A stretch of DNA of 64,000 bases, taken from NCBI RefSeq assembly GCF_964188315.1, contig NC_135668.1, positions 17,794,001 through 17,858,000 of the forward strand. Reading direction: 5' to 3'. How positions within the stretch are numbered: position 1 is the first letter of the stretch; each line of letters begins with the position of its first letter. The stretch is from Podarcis muralis. Taxonomy: Eukaryota. This document shows positions 37,134 to 50,986 of this stretch, in pieces. The translations under genes and the position numbers were made by a program. The notes below the pieces were generated by a model. It worked only from the letters and a program-made list of their open reading frames with translations, did no database searches and was not told where the DNA came from.

Positions 37134-38697
37134 TAATATAAAAAAATTTAAAGGGTGGGAGCCAGAATGCAAACTTGCTTTACTCCTTGTGACGTTTTAA
37201 AAACATCAGTCATACGACCATTTAAATCTACTCTGACGCTCATTTTTGTATTGTGATGATTTGCTGGAAGAGCTCAAGATTTGCTCATAAAAAGTTGGTG
37301 CAAGTTTGTCAGATGACTACTATATAGTGTCTCTTGACTATCGCTTCTCAATCTGTGAGATCATTTCAGTCTTTTCATACCCTGTATTTCTCTACACAGT
37401 CTAGCAGATTTGGTTTTGGGTGTGTGTTCTGTTAAAGGACATGGGGGTCACTGATGTTGAAAGTGGTTGTTTTCTGTTCGTTCTAACACTTCAAAGGTGT
37501 TCACAAAAGTAAGTAATGAAGGAGAGGGTATATAATGCGATTGATAGCATTTCCATGTTTGTTCAGTTGAGCATACGACCCTTAGATATGTCTGCAGGAC
37601 TCCCATGAAGGATATAGAAATTACGTTGGAATACAAATTCCAACAATTTCAGGCCCTGTGCATTATATTTCTTGTCCAGAGACCAATGTGCGGTTGGGAA
37701 AAAATCTCCCAAGCCTAAAGGTAGCCAGAGACTTTGTGAGAGCTAAGAGTAAAAACATGTTACACATTAAACTGGCACAATAAAACCTAGGTGTGATACA
37801 TAAAAAAGCCTGTTGAAATCAAAGTGTTTTCTGAATTTCTGACCAGAGAGGCACAAAAAGGGAGCCTGACAGATTTCAATTGGGAGAGGATCCCTTGAAC
37901 TTGTCTCACCTCCCATTCATCTCCACAGTAACACTAATTCTAGCATCATTCATCACTCCCTCACTCCATAACTCTTTTCCCTCCCACCTGCTATTTAACT
38001 TTTTTTTCATTTGTCTCTGGATAACATTTCCAGAATTCATGTCAAGCCGGAACTAACACTTACTCGTTGGACTCGATCGTACTTGTGCTTTGTGTAGCAG
38101 CTGTGCTTCCTGAAGATGCACTGAGATTGTGCCAGCGTTTCTCATAGGAAGCATTCAACGTAAACAACACACTCGCTTTCTTGAGCGCCCACGTACACAC
38201 ACATCGTCAGGGAACCAGAGCTACATTATGGCTCCTAAAGCTCTGTCTGGTTATCCATAGATGGTATGTTTTGCAGTCACTTTCCACAGGTCTCAGGCGT
38301 TTCTCCATATCGATGCATGCCATCAATATGCTCGAAAGAGCTGTGTTCTAGATGGATCCAAGTGAACATGTCAGAGCTGTTGTAGAATTGTAGGGAGGAG
38401 ATGAAGTTACGAATCAAGGATCCATTTCTTGAATCTTGCCGGGGTGACTTTAGGCAAGGCACAGCCTTATCACTATCCACAATATCCACTATCCCTTTGA
38501 TAGCAAACTCAGGTGGTATCACCTGTCAATAAAAGATACTTGGAGACCACCACTGTATTTCTTTGCGTCAGTGTCCCAGGCATTCCTCCTGATTGGCTAG
38601 ACAGTGGACAGCTTCCAGGGAAGGGCAGGTGATTTTGCAGTGACTTTTATTTTGGGAATGTCTGAATGTTCCCACAAAGCCATTCATACCAGAATTA

Positions 38698-39052
38698 CAG
38701 TGGTACCTCGCAAGACGAATGCCTCGCAAGACGGAAAACTCGCAAGATGAAAGGGTTTTTTGTTTTTTGAGCTGCTTTGCAAGACGATTTTCCCTATGGG
38801 CTTGCTTCGCAAGACGGAAACGTCTTGCAAGTTTGTTTCCTTTTTCTTAACACCGTTAATACAGTTGCGACTTGACTTCGAGGAGCAACTCATAGAACGC
38901 GGTGTGGTAGCCTTTTTTGAGGTTTTAAAAGACTTTGGTGATTTTTGAAGCTTGTCCAAAACTTTCCCGACACCGTGCTTCGCAAGACGAAAAAAATCGC
39001 AAGGCGACAAAACTCGCGGAACGAATTAATTTCGTCTTGCGAGGCACCACTG
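38698..39052 (+). mobile_element. Mariner-pogo MITE, family C
   Basis: TA|CAGTGGTACCTCGCAAGACG...CGTCTTGCGAGGCACCACTG|TA, with many internal CGCAAGACG repeats. Confidence 0.9.
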
Positions 39053-39284
39053 TATGTAACTCAGCAGAGGCGAACTGGAAGGCGTAAGAGCTACAGCTGG
39101 AAATCACAAAGAGATGCAGCTGGTAGCCTACCCTGAGTTGGAGTCTATTGAGTTTGCATGAACAACTTTAGTGGTTCATGACATATAGTTGGAATTATTG
39201 TTCTGGTAGCTGTTGACTCCTAAACCTGAAGGAGCAACTCCACTGCCATCGTTCTGCCCGGACACTGAGATCCAACACCTAGGG

Positions 39285-39536
39285 CAGGGGGCAGCAACCT
39301 TTTTCAGCCGTGGGCCGGTCCGCCATCCCTCAGAACATGTGGTGGGCTGGACTATATTTTGAAAAAAAATAAATGAACTTATTCCTATGCCCCACAAATA
39401 ACCCAGAGGTGCATTTTAAATAAAAGGACACATTCTACTGATGTAAAAACACGCTGATTCCTGGACCGTCCAAGGGCCAGATTTAGAAGGCGATTGGGCC
39501 GGATCCGATCCCTGACCCCTAGGTTGCCTACCCCTG
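39285..39536. mobile_element. hAT-Charlie-like element
   Basis: CAGGGGGCAGCAACC...GGTTGCCTACCCCTG with exact 8-bp TSD ACCTAGGG. Confidence 0.9.
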
Positions 39537-39544
39537 ACCTAGGG

Positions 39545-39826
39545 CCTTCTGGCAATTCCCACACTGTGAGAAGTGAGGTTACAGGGAACCAGGCAGAGGG
39601 CCTTCTTGGTAGTGGCGCCTACCCTGTGGAACTCCCTTTCATCAAATGTTGAGGAGATGAGTAATTACATAACATTTAGGAAACATCTGGAGGCAGCCCT
39701 GTACAGGGAAGCTTTTTAAGGTTTAATGTTTTACTATATTTTTATATATACTGGAAGCCGCCCAAAGTAGCTGGGGCAACCCAGTCAGATGGGCGGGGTA
39801 CAAATAATAAATTATTATTGTTATTA
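39545..39826 (+). mobile_element. LINE (L2-like) 3' end, 5'-truncated
   Basis: agagggccttc...ggcagccctgtacagggaagc...gggcaacccagtcagatgggcggggtacaaataataaattattatt. A reverse copy of the same end lies at 17537-17689. Confidence 0.65.
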
Positions 39827-41383
39827 CCCAAGTGAGCCATAAGCAGAAGTTGTGTTTGCAGGTATAAAATCTTAACTAGTGGGTTTCTAACTGTGTTAAC
39901 AACTGAATTTTTACTTCCATATGTTAAGAGTGTGGCTTAAGGATGCAGTTTGTGGCTGTGGCGAGTTTATTCATGGTCCTCTTTAGATTGAAAGACAAGT
40001 ATAAACCAGTGGGGATCTTAAGTGGAGGGGCTCATTCTGAACATATTTGCCAAATGAAAAGCCCGGCTGAAGGGGGTCCCTAATGACCTCAACTGAAATT
40101 CGGAATCTGAAAGCTGCTTAACTTGACATATCTATTGGCCCATTAGCCATTGATTTTAGTGGGATTAAGACTTCAGTTCTAAAGGCCACAGTCCTCAGTC
40201 CACTCAATCAGGAAAAGACCCACTGGCTAATGACTGCAGAACTGCTTGTACAAGATTTCAGGAATGCAATTCAACTATCATCAGGGCCTCCGTTTTTTAA
40301 GTGGCTTAATTGTTCATAATTTAATTATTAGATGATGTGAGAGTTGCATTCCTACTCCCGTAGGCCTAAATGGAATTATGCTGAAATAATTGTTGGAATG
40401 CCATTTTAAATGGCTCGGGGAGCCATGTTTCAAATGAAGAAAGTGACAGCTTTTGGGAAGTTGAATTATTGCTTGGCTTGGTAGTCTTATTAATGCTGTG
40501 GTGCTTTTAATTATTATTGTTACACAGGATGTGTAGCACTCTCCGCTGGAAGTGATTCAATTACATCAAGGGGGTCACCAGTGGCTGCCATAACAGTGTG
40601 GCATAACATAAAAACCTCTGACAGGCATTATCTTAAGACTCTTAAAACGGGCCATTTTAAATATTTAGCGGTATGAATATTTAGCATTCTTGGGCTGAAG
40701 GCAAGAACCAGCAATGGGAGGGGATTGTTCACCCCACCACTCAACCCATGTAGACCAAGCTTCCTCAAACTTGGCCCTCCAGATGTTTTGAGACTACAGT
40801 TCCCATCAACCATGACCACTGGTCCTGCTAGCTAGGGATCATGGGAGTTGTAGGCCAAAAAAAAATCTGGAGATCCAAGGTTGAGGAAGCCTGATGTAGA
40901 CTCTCTGCTAGCCTGCTACTGGCTCTGACCTCAGCTGTGAAGGAAGATGCCAACTTGCTGCCTTCCAGATGTTTTGGCTCACATCTCCCTTCAGCCCCCA
41001 GGCAGCATGCCCATCTGGATCGTACATGGCTGTTGAAGGCTGCTGTGTTGTCCTTGCTGGCACAGCTGCAAATTTCAGCTTGGTTGTTGTAGCACTGTGG
41101 AGCAGCCACAAGGCAATGGAGATCTGCTTTTGTTTTTGTCGTACCACTTGGAAGAGTAAGGAGGGATTCATCACAAATCTTGGTTTGGGAAACAGTAAGC
41201 AGAATGCTAAAATATGTGTACTGCTTTTATGAAATGTATTGTATTCAGTCTCGTAGGCTCAAACTGGTGGAACTCCCAACTGATATGAGACAGGCACCCT
41301 CCTTGCTGAACTCCAGCCTTCATTGGGGAGGCACTCCTTTAAGTATTTGGGTACTGAGCCATTTAGGTTTATACTAAGAGCCA

Positions 41384-41746
41384 TTATGGTGCTGGAGGAG
41401 ACTCTTGAGAGTCCCATGGACTGCAAGAAGATCAAACCTCTCCATTCTGAAGGAAATCAGCCCTGAGTGCTCACTGGAAGGACAGATCGTGAAGCTGAGA
41501 CTCCAATACTTTGGCCACCTCACGAGAAGAGAAGACTCCCTGGAAAAGACCCTGATGTTGGGAAAGATGGAGGGCACAAGGAGAAGGGGACGACAGAGGA
41601 CGAGATGGTTGGATAGTGTTCTCGAAGCTACCAGCATGAGTTTGACCAAACTGCGGGAGGCAGTGGAAGACAGGAGTGCCTGGCGTGCTCTGGTCCATGG
41701 GGTCACGAAGAGTCGGACACGACTAAACGACTAAACAACAACAAAC
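41384..41746 (+). mobile_element. Bov-B (RTE) LINE 3' fragment
   Basis: Encodes ...ISPECSLEGQIVKLRLQYFGHLTRREDSLEKTLMLGKMEGTRRRGRQR..., the RTE C-terminus, and ends GAGTCGGACACGACTAAACGACTAAACAAC. TSD AAGAGCCA at 41376 and 41747. Confidence 0.95.
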
Positions 41747-42287
41747 AAGAGCCAGCGTGGTGTAGTGGTTAAGAGTCTTGTAATCTGGGGAACCGGGTTC
41801 GTGTCTCTGCTCCTCCACATGCAGCTGCTGGGTGACCTTGGGCTAGTCACACTTCTTTGAAGTCTCTCAGCCCCGCATTATACAAGCCCATTGAGTTGTC
41901 CAGTTAACCCCCTCCTGCTGTTGTACCTAGGAACCGGTGGAGCTGTCAGTTTCCGTTTCTCTCTGTTTCTCATGTTCCCTGTTTTAAGTTTTGGTTTGCA
42001 TATTATTTTGGCAAGTGTGAATTAGGTAATTTGGCCTTCATTGCAAATTGAATATTGAATTTCTGAATAAAGTTTCTCCTTTTGGAGGTTGCTGCCCACA
42101 CACTTCGGCTGCGCTTGCTGGTGGTGTGGTGGCTCCTCTGTAAAACCGCTCTAAACAGCTTGTAGCAGAGTTTCTTCCTGGCGGCAGATGACAAGAGGCT
42201 ACGGGACTTGTGCAAAATACTCAGTCAAGAGTTACTTTATTTCCTGGCTGGTTCACAAGCATTTTAGTTGTGACTATATACAAAACT

Positions 42288-42649
42288 GGGACGTGGGTGG
42301 CACTGTGGTCTAAACCACTGAGCCAGGGCTTGCCGATCAGAAGGTCTGCAGTTCGAATCCCTGCAACGGGCTGAGCTCCCGTTGCTCAGTCCCAGCTCCT
42401 GCCAACCTAGCAGTTTGAAAGCATGCCATAAAGTGCAAGTAGATAAATAGGTACCACTCTGGCGGGAAGGTAAATGGTGTTTCTGTGCGCTGCTCTGGTT
42501 TCACCAGAAGTGGTTTAATGATGCTGAACACATGACCCAGAAAAACTGTCTTCACACAAACGCCGGCTCCCTCAGCTTGTAAAGCGAGATGAGGCCACAA
42601 CCCCAGAGTCATCTGCGACTGGACTTAACTGTCAGGGGTCCTTTACCTT
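42288..42649 (+). mobile_element. Sauria SINE, full length
   Basis: 13-bp TSD TATATACAAAACT at 42275 and 42650. Confidence 0.95.
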
Positions 42650-45180
42650 TATATACAAAACTATTTACATACACCTTTCCACCACAGTATAAACTCAAAG
42701 CATGTGGATACTCTTTCCTCGTGCAGGCAAGTGCAAGCTGCAACCTCCTCTTTTTATTTTCATCCCCAGCTGTAACCAGTCAGCCTAGATTGTCACTCCT
42801 AACTATTAAAGAAAACTTCCTTAAAGCTACAAGCACCTTTTTCTGTTTCTTTGCAGAATGACTTCCTAACGTCTCCTCCACCCCTAGTTGTACCCTAGCA
42901 GCTGGTATTCAGAGACATACTCTGTGAATAAGAGCTGAAAAAGCAATGCATAAAAGTTTTGTAAAGGGGTGGAGTGGGGGGAGCTGAGTGGATAGTGGTT
43001 TGTTTTAAGACTACCTAAATGTCCAAGAAAAGATTAGTCCTGGGATCCTTCCGGCTCACTTTCTTGACTGCTCTATAGCACCAGCTCTCCCAAATCTTAC
43101 TATTCATTCTATTCTCATTATATCTGCTGGCCAGCCTGCTGCCTTTCATAATAACAGCTGGTGATAAGGCACGACAGCTTCCTGCAACAACCTTGTGGTA
43201 GAATTCTTGAAATGTGAAAACGGACTTCTGTGCAGCGGTTATATTTGTCCCCTGGGGCGGGAAGCGTGCTGTGGCAATCTATCAGACACCCCTCCCAAAG
43301 GCATTTCAAATGTAAAGAATCCATCAAGGCATCCTCTCTTTTGGTGGTATCTGACTGGACTTGCAATTCATGTTAAATCTGACAAACTTGTGCTTGCAAG
43401 TGAATGAGAAAGTGGCTGTCTCTTTAAAGTATTGCTCATCCTTATGTAATTCTGAGATCCGTAGTTTTGTGTTTTTTCCCCTTGCAGAAACTTAATGCTT
43501 CCTCCGCCAAGACCTACTTTCCACATTTCTCACCACCCCTCTCCTGATTTGTTCCTGATCAGGGTCGATAAAAACCAATGACTTTAAAAAAAAAATCAAA
43601 TAAAAAAAATGGATTTTTAAAAATTTAAATTGGATTTTTAAAAAAATTAAATTGGATTTTTAAAATAAAATGCCTTTGGAGCAAAAATCTTTCTAATTTT
43701 TTTTTTTTTAAAGTTACATTATAGTTCAAATGCTATGCAAGAGGTCATGCAAAACGTATTCTCTGCCACTAAGCTACAGTCTCTCCCCGTAAGACAAACC
43801 AAAAACACTGGTTTGGTGGAGAGAGAGGCGTTGCCCTCCTAATTTTTTTGTTTGTTTTTTAAAAAAACCTATAGTAAACTAGATCTGAACAATCAAGGCT
43901 GTTTGGTTTAGTCCTGACGGGAAGAGAGTGTTATGCCAGAGGGTTACTGGGGAAAAGTAGAAACATCCGGGAGGGAGGGGAGGATTACTGGGAGGGTAAA
44001 GAAAGGGCTGGGTGGTAGGTTCTGTGGAATATTTCTCTTTCCAAGCAGAATGGTGCTTCATAGCAGAAGATCAAACACGAGACAAGTAATGTTGAGGGGT
44101 ACATTATGCGCACAGAGAGCGCACTGAGCTCATTTATGAAAACAGCCAGGTAATAGCCTGGTTTAAGGTGAGGCCTTTGATGAAGGCTGTGTGTGCCTGT
44201 GTTTTTCTGTGTGTGCTTTGCCACCCTAAGAGGAGAAATTCACACCTCTTTCCGAATTCTTAACTTTTTAAAAGAAGTCTCTCAATTTCAGCTTTTCTCA
44301 GTTTCCTTTCCAGTCTTTAAGCTTGGTTCACCCAATTGTGAATCCTGCCCCTTGAAAATATATATATGCATATTTTCCTTGAAAATCCATATGCATTTTC
44401 CTGCACAATAGGTATCTTTGTGCAAAATTTTCTTGTGTATAAACATTTTTACAAGCAATTTCTCTCTCGTATATTGCGTTTTTGTATGTTGTTTTCACTA
44501 ATATACACATTGATGTTTGCGTTGTATGTTTGGAGAGTTGCATCACTAGGTGGGGAGAAAGTGTGGGTTTCAAAGGAGAGCTGTGTTTTCAGTTTGCGTA
44601 ATGATCTAGGAAGGGCAAATCTGCATAAAAACACGAGCTGAATCAACTTCTCCCCATCTTCTAACTGTGCCACCATCTTGCCCATTTATTTGTTGGCTTG
44701 GCAAGTCTTAGCATTTCCTGTTTTTGGCACTGTCTTCTGTTCACCTTTTGTCTGTCTCTCCACCCCCCCCCCCCGAATGAATGCTCGAAGCGCTACATAC
44801 CAGTGCTGCCTCTGTGGTTTTCTGGAGAGAACAAAGGCGGCGGGAGACAAGTATGGCCTGGATCCATTTGTGTCTTGAACTGGTTCACTCTGGGCATGTT
44901 GTCAGGTGCCCTCGTACTTCCGCAAACCAAAGTAAGAATTGGACAAAACAGAAGGAACACTTGAGAACCTAAGGCTAGATCTAAACAGCTTTCCTGGGAA
45001 AATTGCCATATCCTAATTAGTTTATGTGGCAACTTATTTTCCAAATCTTCTGTTGGATTAAGGCTGTGCCCAGACAGCAGTTTCACTCATTTATTTATTT
45101 GTCTCATTTTTTACTGACCTCACTCTTGGAGGAACCCTCGAGTACTCCACAGATAATTGCGGTCCACTAGGTCAAATGAA

Positions 45181-45535
45181 GGGACGCGGGTGGCATTGTG
45201 GGTTAAACCACAGATCCTAGGGCTTGCCGATCAGAAGGTTGGTGGTTCGAATCCCCGCGACGGGGTGAGCTTCCGTTGCTCGGTCCCTGCTCCTGCCCAC
45301 CTAGCAGTTCTAAAGCACGTCAAAGTGCAAGTAGATAAATAGGTACCGCTCCGATGGGAAGGTAAACGGCATTTCCGTGTGCTGCTCTGGTTCGCCAGAA
45401 GCGGCTTAGTCATGCTGGCCACATGACTCGGAAGCTGTACGCCGGCTCCCTCAGCCAATAAAGCGAGATGAGTGCCACAACCCCAGAGTCGGCCATGACT
45501 GGACCTAATGGTCAGGGGTCCCTTTACCTTACCTT
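45181..45535 (+). mobile_element. Sauria SINE, full length
   Basis: 12-bp TSD TAGGTCAAATGA at 45168 and 45536. Confidence 0.95.
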
Positions 45536-45717
45536 TAGGTCAAATGAGACATTGCCCCACCCACTTCAGTCTTCCTGCAGCCAACCTTCGCCTCCCTCCC
45601 TTTTTTCTTACAGCCATTTCAGAAAGTAGCACTGCCTTCCAGCTTCCTCCCCTTTAGTCTCAGTCTTGACCCCTTGCAGAATTCAGCTGGGGGGAGCAGG
45701 GCCCAAAATTAGAAATA

Positions 45718-45943
45718 CAGTGGTACCTCGGGTTACAGACGCTTCAGGTTACAGACTCCGCTAACCCAGAAATATTACCTCAGGTTAAGAACTTTGCTTG
45801 AGGATAAGAACAGAAATCGTGCTCCGGCGGTGTGGCAGCAGCAGGAGGCCCCATTAGCTAAAGTGGTGCCTCAGGTTAAGAACAGTTTCAGGTTATGAAC
45901 GGACCTCCAGAATGAATTAAGTTCTTAACCTGAGGTACCACTG
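45718..45943 (+). mobile_element. Family A MITE
   Basis: TIRs and TA TSD. Confidence 0.9.
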
Positions 45944-46936
45944 TAGTTGGCTCTGGTTCCGCCTGCCTGTCATCCTGGCCTTCTGTCTTGCCAGTTCCAG
46001 TGGGCACCAGTCATGAATGCCACTAATGTCTTAGCCACACTCTTTGATTCTCTTACAACATTCCTAGCTCGGATGTTTTGCATGAGTGGAAGCCTACAAG
46101 TTCAGTGACAATTACTCAAAATAAAATAAATCAAGTGTTCCGTGAGTTCTGCTCCAGTAACTTCTTCAAGCTCGTTTCCTGGTGCATTAACCTTTTTTAA
46201 AAAAATAAATAAAAGGGTTGAATTCTAAAGCATTGTTTTGGCTCTTATATCACAGATTAAAATACATCCTCTGGTTATTTATATATAAATATGAAACAAT
46301 TACGATCCAGTCATCCAGAGAAGCTGGTTGAAGGCATGTTATGAAACATGGGTGAACCTTGGAAGTAACTTTTAATGCCAGAATTATGGCAACAGCTGGA
46401 AGTTTACCTGTAGATGTCAGTGTAATTAGGCAGCTTGAAATTACAATAATAGCCTAATACGTAAACTATTCGTTTTTACTTTTTGATGGAGGTGATAATT
46501 AAGATGGTGAATTTGTGTTTTTTAAATAGTGGAACAGCTTTATAGATGTACCTTGCATTGAGATCAAATCATGTATGCTTTAATTTTAATTTCAGAAATA
46601 AATAATATTTTTAGGGGAGTGGTTTGGAGGGTAAGGATATAAAATGCCAGTTTCAAATTTCACCCTTGCCATGAATGGTGTCAAGTGGCTCTAGACATGC
46701 CCCTTATCCCCTGGGCAACCTTGCTGTGCTATGGTGAGAGAATGACAGAGGTGATTTTATGTGAAGTACATCAAGAAAAAAATGCCTATATACATTAGGA
46801 CTGAGGAAACATTTGTAGTCCAAGGGCCACATTTCCTTTAAGGCAGCACTCTGGGGGCCAGATGCCAGCGTGTTGGGGGCTGGTTGAGTTAGGATGAGAA
46901 TGATCCTGGGGAGAGCTCTAGCAGGTTGTGTGGGAC

Positions 46937-47593
46937 CAGAGTGGATAAAAATCAATGATTTATTAAAAAAAATTAAATTTAAAAGATCAGATTTTTAAAA
47001 TTTAAATCGGATTTTTTTTATTTAAATCAGATTTTTAAAATAAAATGCTTTTGGAGGAAAAATCTTTCTAAAGATAGTTTTCTGTTTAAGTTACATTATA
47101 ATCCAAAGGCTATTCATAAGGCAATAAGGATTTGTTTTAAGTTTTTCATGTGTGCTAAAACTCAGTCTAAGTCTTTTTTTAAAAAAAGTTTAACCACATC
47201 AGTTAACAAACGTGGATACATATGCTATAACGTTACTGCTTTAGTTAAATAAGTTGTTTAAATTGTTATTAAGGAAATGATTGTTTTTCTCCTTCCCATA
47301 AAGTACAACAGAAAAGTTGTCCAAATATAAACAGTTAGCTTATTAAACCACACAATAATTTCATAATTATCTGTCTGTGTATATCTAATAGTATAACCAA
47401 ATCAGTCGTTTTTGACAAACTGTAAAAACTACTCTGAAAATTTATTATTCCAAAAATGAAACCTTCCTCTGGTTGTAAATATTAAGACTATACCAGCAAG
47501 AATGAGTCTTTCTGTAAAAAAAGAAAGAAAAATTAAATCAAGTCTTACTGACTAGTGATTTAAATCGATTTGATTTAAATCAAATCCACCCTG
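46937..47593. mobile_element. AT-rich non-autonomous hAT-like element
   Basis: CAGAGTGGAT...ATCCACCCTG ends with subterminal AAATC/GATTT repeats. A partial copy lies at 43560-~43735. Confidence 0.75.
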
Positions 47594-48090
47594 TAGGGGA
47601 TCCACAAGAAATGAGGGAATCAGCCAGCAGAGATCCAAGGTGAGGATGTGAATCCTGGAAGGGAAGTTTCTCCAATCTGTTTTCCACGCCTAGCCCCTCT
47701 GCCTCCTCAGTTCCTGCTGGATCCTCCTGTTCCGTAGAAACCCCTCATGAGCAAACATGCCCCGGTGCAGCTGGAGGCTGGCCAGGGGTACTGGTACTCC
47801 ACATAGGGGGAGGCTACTCTCTTTGCAAGAGCAGGAGATGCCCATTCCATCTCCCAGGTCCAGGAGGGGCCAGAAGAGAAGAGCAACAGAGGCTGCAGCC
47901 TGTGCTGGTGAAGCAAAGCACCTGCAGAAATGTCCCTGTCCCCCCTCCATCATTCAGCCTATTCTCTACTTAAGTCAGAGAAGGAGAGAGCTAAGGGTTG
48001 AGTCAACTTCTATGGCTCTGAGCTAGCTAGGAAGTCTGCATTGTGTAGTAATGAATAGGGGATCAGCAATGTGGAGGACTGCCTAAAGTA

Positions 48091-48632
48091 CCGTGTTTTC
48101 CCATGTATAAGACTAGGTTTTTTCACCAAAAATATAGGTTTAAATTTGGGGCTCGTCTTATACATAGGTAGTGCTGAGGGGTGTTTTCTTAATCTGGAGT
48201 CCCCCCAAAATAGGTAAAGGGTAAAGGGACCCCTGACCATTAGGTCCAGTCGTGGCCGACTCTGGGGTTGCGGCGCTCATCTTTCTTTATTGGCCGAGGG
48301 AGCTGGCGTACAGCTTCTGGGTCATGTGACCAGCATGACTAAGCCGCTTCTGGCGAACCAGAGCAGCGCACGGAAATTCTGTTTACCTTCCTGCCGGAGT
48401 GGTACCTATTTATCTACCGGTACTTGCACTTTGACGTGCTTTCGAACTGCTAGGTTGGCAGGAGCAGGGACTGAGCAAAGGGAGCTCACCCCGTCGCGGG
48501 GATTCAAACCGCCGACCTTCTGATTGGCAAGTCCTAGGCTCAGTGGTTTAACCCACAGCGCCACCCGTGTTCCTCCCCCCAAAATAGGGGGCATCTTCTA
48601 CATGGCGACGTCTTATACACAGGAAAATATGG
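48091..48632. mobile_element. TcMar-Tc2-like MITE (host of a Sauria SINE)
   Basis: TA|CCGTGTTTTCCCATGTATAAGAC...GTCTTATACACAGGAAAATATGG|TA. Confidence 0.85.
48215..48574 (-). mobile_element. Sauria SINE nested in a Tc2-like MITE
   Basis: 14-bp TSD CCCCCCAAAATAGG at 48201 and 48575. Confidence 0.95.
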
Positions 48633-50986
48633 TACCTTAGGGGCTTTTGCATTGCAGTAGCCTAACAAAAAACTTTGGAAAGGAACTTTTGCCTTCTGTT
48701 TCGGGGAACTGAGAGTCTGGACACAGTAGTGGTGGGCAGGCTCTGACAAAAGTGAGTGTGAAGCAACGAATATAAATTTTCTTGGAGGGCTCTATCTTCC
48801 ACCCAGGCCAGGAAGAGCCATTAGCAGAGTTCAGTCATACATGGAAGACCTGCTCTCTGCCTTGCACACCTTTTCCCACCCTGACTGACTCCAGCTACGA
48901 AAGCTTGAGGCTGCGGGACTGACTCTTGGGCTGGGGTGTTGTTTAGGCGTTTTTGTTGTGGGGGTTGTTGCTGTTGATTGGTATAATCCCCCCATCTTTA
49001 TTTTTTGCTGAAGCAAAAAGAAAAGAAAGATGCCCATTCGTGCCATCTGTAACACGGGTGGCATGCCATGAGAAAACATGGTGTGAATCAGCCTCTTCAA
49101 ATTGTCCCCAAAAGTTGAACTGGGCAGAAGACTGAACAACACGGATAAGGGTTTGTGACCCTGTTATAGGAAAAAGCTTATTTTTCTGCCTCGCCCTGAA
49201 TGTGATAAGGCATTTTTCACGAAGGTCCAATCTGGTACATGATTGACGTTTAATAACAGAAAGAAACCGGCGGAAAGATTTTGGGACACCTTGTACGGAG
49301 TTAATTAACTCTCGTGCCACAGGGGAAAAGTCTCTTCCCATTCAGTTCTGTTGCCTTTGCTAAAAAGGGTGATTTTACATTACACATACTTCTGTAAATC
49401 AAGAAAATCTTTAATAATAAAAAATGGGGAAAAAATAAATAAAACTCTACTAAACTGCACCATTAGCTAATCCATTGCAATTATCAATTTTTATTTTTAA
49501 CTTTTTACAGCTTCTTTTGTACATTACGATGCATGCAAACTACCTAACGTAAGTAGTAATAAAGCTGCTAATAGTAATGGAAAGGTTAAACTTAATATAA
49601 TTAAGCCTGATGTTCAATTAAAACTGCCCACTATGCTAAGCACAATGCCAGAAAAGACGGTAGTGGATTACCTATCTTGCCATCTAAACAGCAAACATAC
49701 CTATTATACCACCTTCCTATCACTGCTGGACAATAGTGTTTCAGTGGTTTGCAATCATCTTTCAGTGGTTTGGAAAGCCTTGACCAGCAATGATATTCCA
49801 TGGATATTTTTTAACCTGATGGTTGCTGAATTACAATCTTTGTAAAATAAATACAAATTAGGGGGGGGGGGTGATTTTGAAAGAAAATGCAAAAAGGAAT
49901 TCTCTTTCAGCTAATTATAACAGAGTCTATTAGCAGTGCGCCCTTGCCCTGCTGGAAAGGGCTTGCACTTGGACTTCTCTGGAAATGCAGCCATTGAAGT
50001 TATTTTAATTAAAGCTTGTCTGTTGATACTCGTTTATTCCCAGCGGGGGGTTATTGGCTGAACCGACGGTGCTGCTTGCATTAGATGTGATACTGGATTT
50101 GAGAATTAATTAGGACAGGGTTGCGGACTCCTGCTTGCAACTTGCACGTGCTGGAGTTATCACGGACTCTCACAATCAGGGCCTTTTCCACCAATCACAT
50201 TGATATGAGGAAGTGTAAATATATATAAGAAAGGTCAAGATAGCAGGACCAGTTTTATAAAGGCCTTTGCTTCTTTGGGGAGAGTCTTGGCCATCGAAAT
50301 CCCTGTAGGCAGTGTACGCCCACACTCTGCTTATACGAGAAGCCTAGGAGCCGGGCTCATAATTGTAGTCAAACCCTGAAGTAGGAGTGACTTGGATGGG
50401 AGTGAGACCTAAGGGGAAATAGCAAGAATGAGGCATGAGGAATAGAGCCAGGATCTCAAGGCAATAAACAAGGCAGATATCCAGCATTCAGCATTTACTC
50501 AAGCGGAGAATTGCTGCTGCAATGAACAGGCAGCCTCATGCCTGCAGCTGAGGCCTTATATAAAGCTCCTGGGTCATTCGGGGTTGGTGAGTAGTGCAGC
50601 CAAGCAGAACTCTGTGGGTGGAGTGAGCGAAGCCACTTAAGGGTTGAGCCCTACTGGCTTCATCACTGCTGAGCAAGGCTTTGAGCCTTGGATCTCCCAC
50701 AAGCCGCTGGGTTCAAAATGTCCTCCCCTGGCCTGGGGATGGGCTTAGTAAGTGCTGAACACAGAACAGCCGAAGAAATAATTCTGCTACTTTTGGATCC
50801 CACATCCAGCTGCCTTTCCCAAAGTCTTGCTGTTTTTATACTGCTCTGCAGCGTATCCACAAATCCTTTGTGGGGATTGGGCAGGGCTTTGCAGGTACCA
50901 ACTTGGTAGACTTATTTTTTATTATTAAAAGCATGCAGTGGGTCTATGTTGTAAGGAAGCAGCTGAGGTCAGACATTTTCCCAGTA

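Noticed and set aside
50300-50810. Possible additional solo LTR (TATATAAA, AATAAA)
   Set aside because: I could not define TG...CA ends with a matching TSD.
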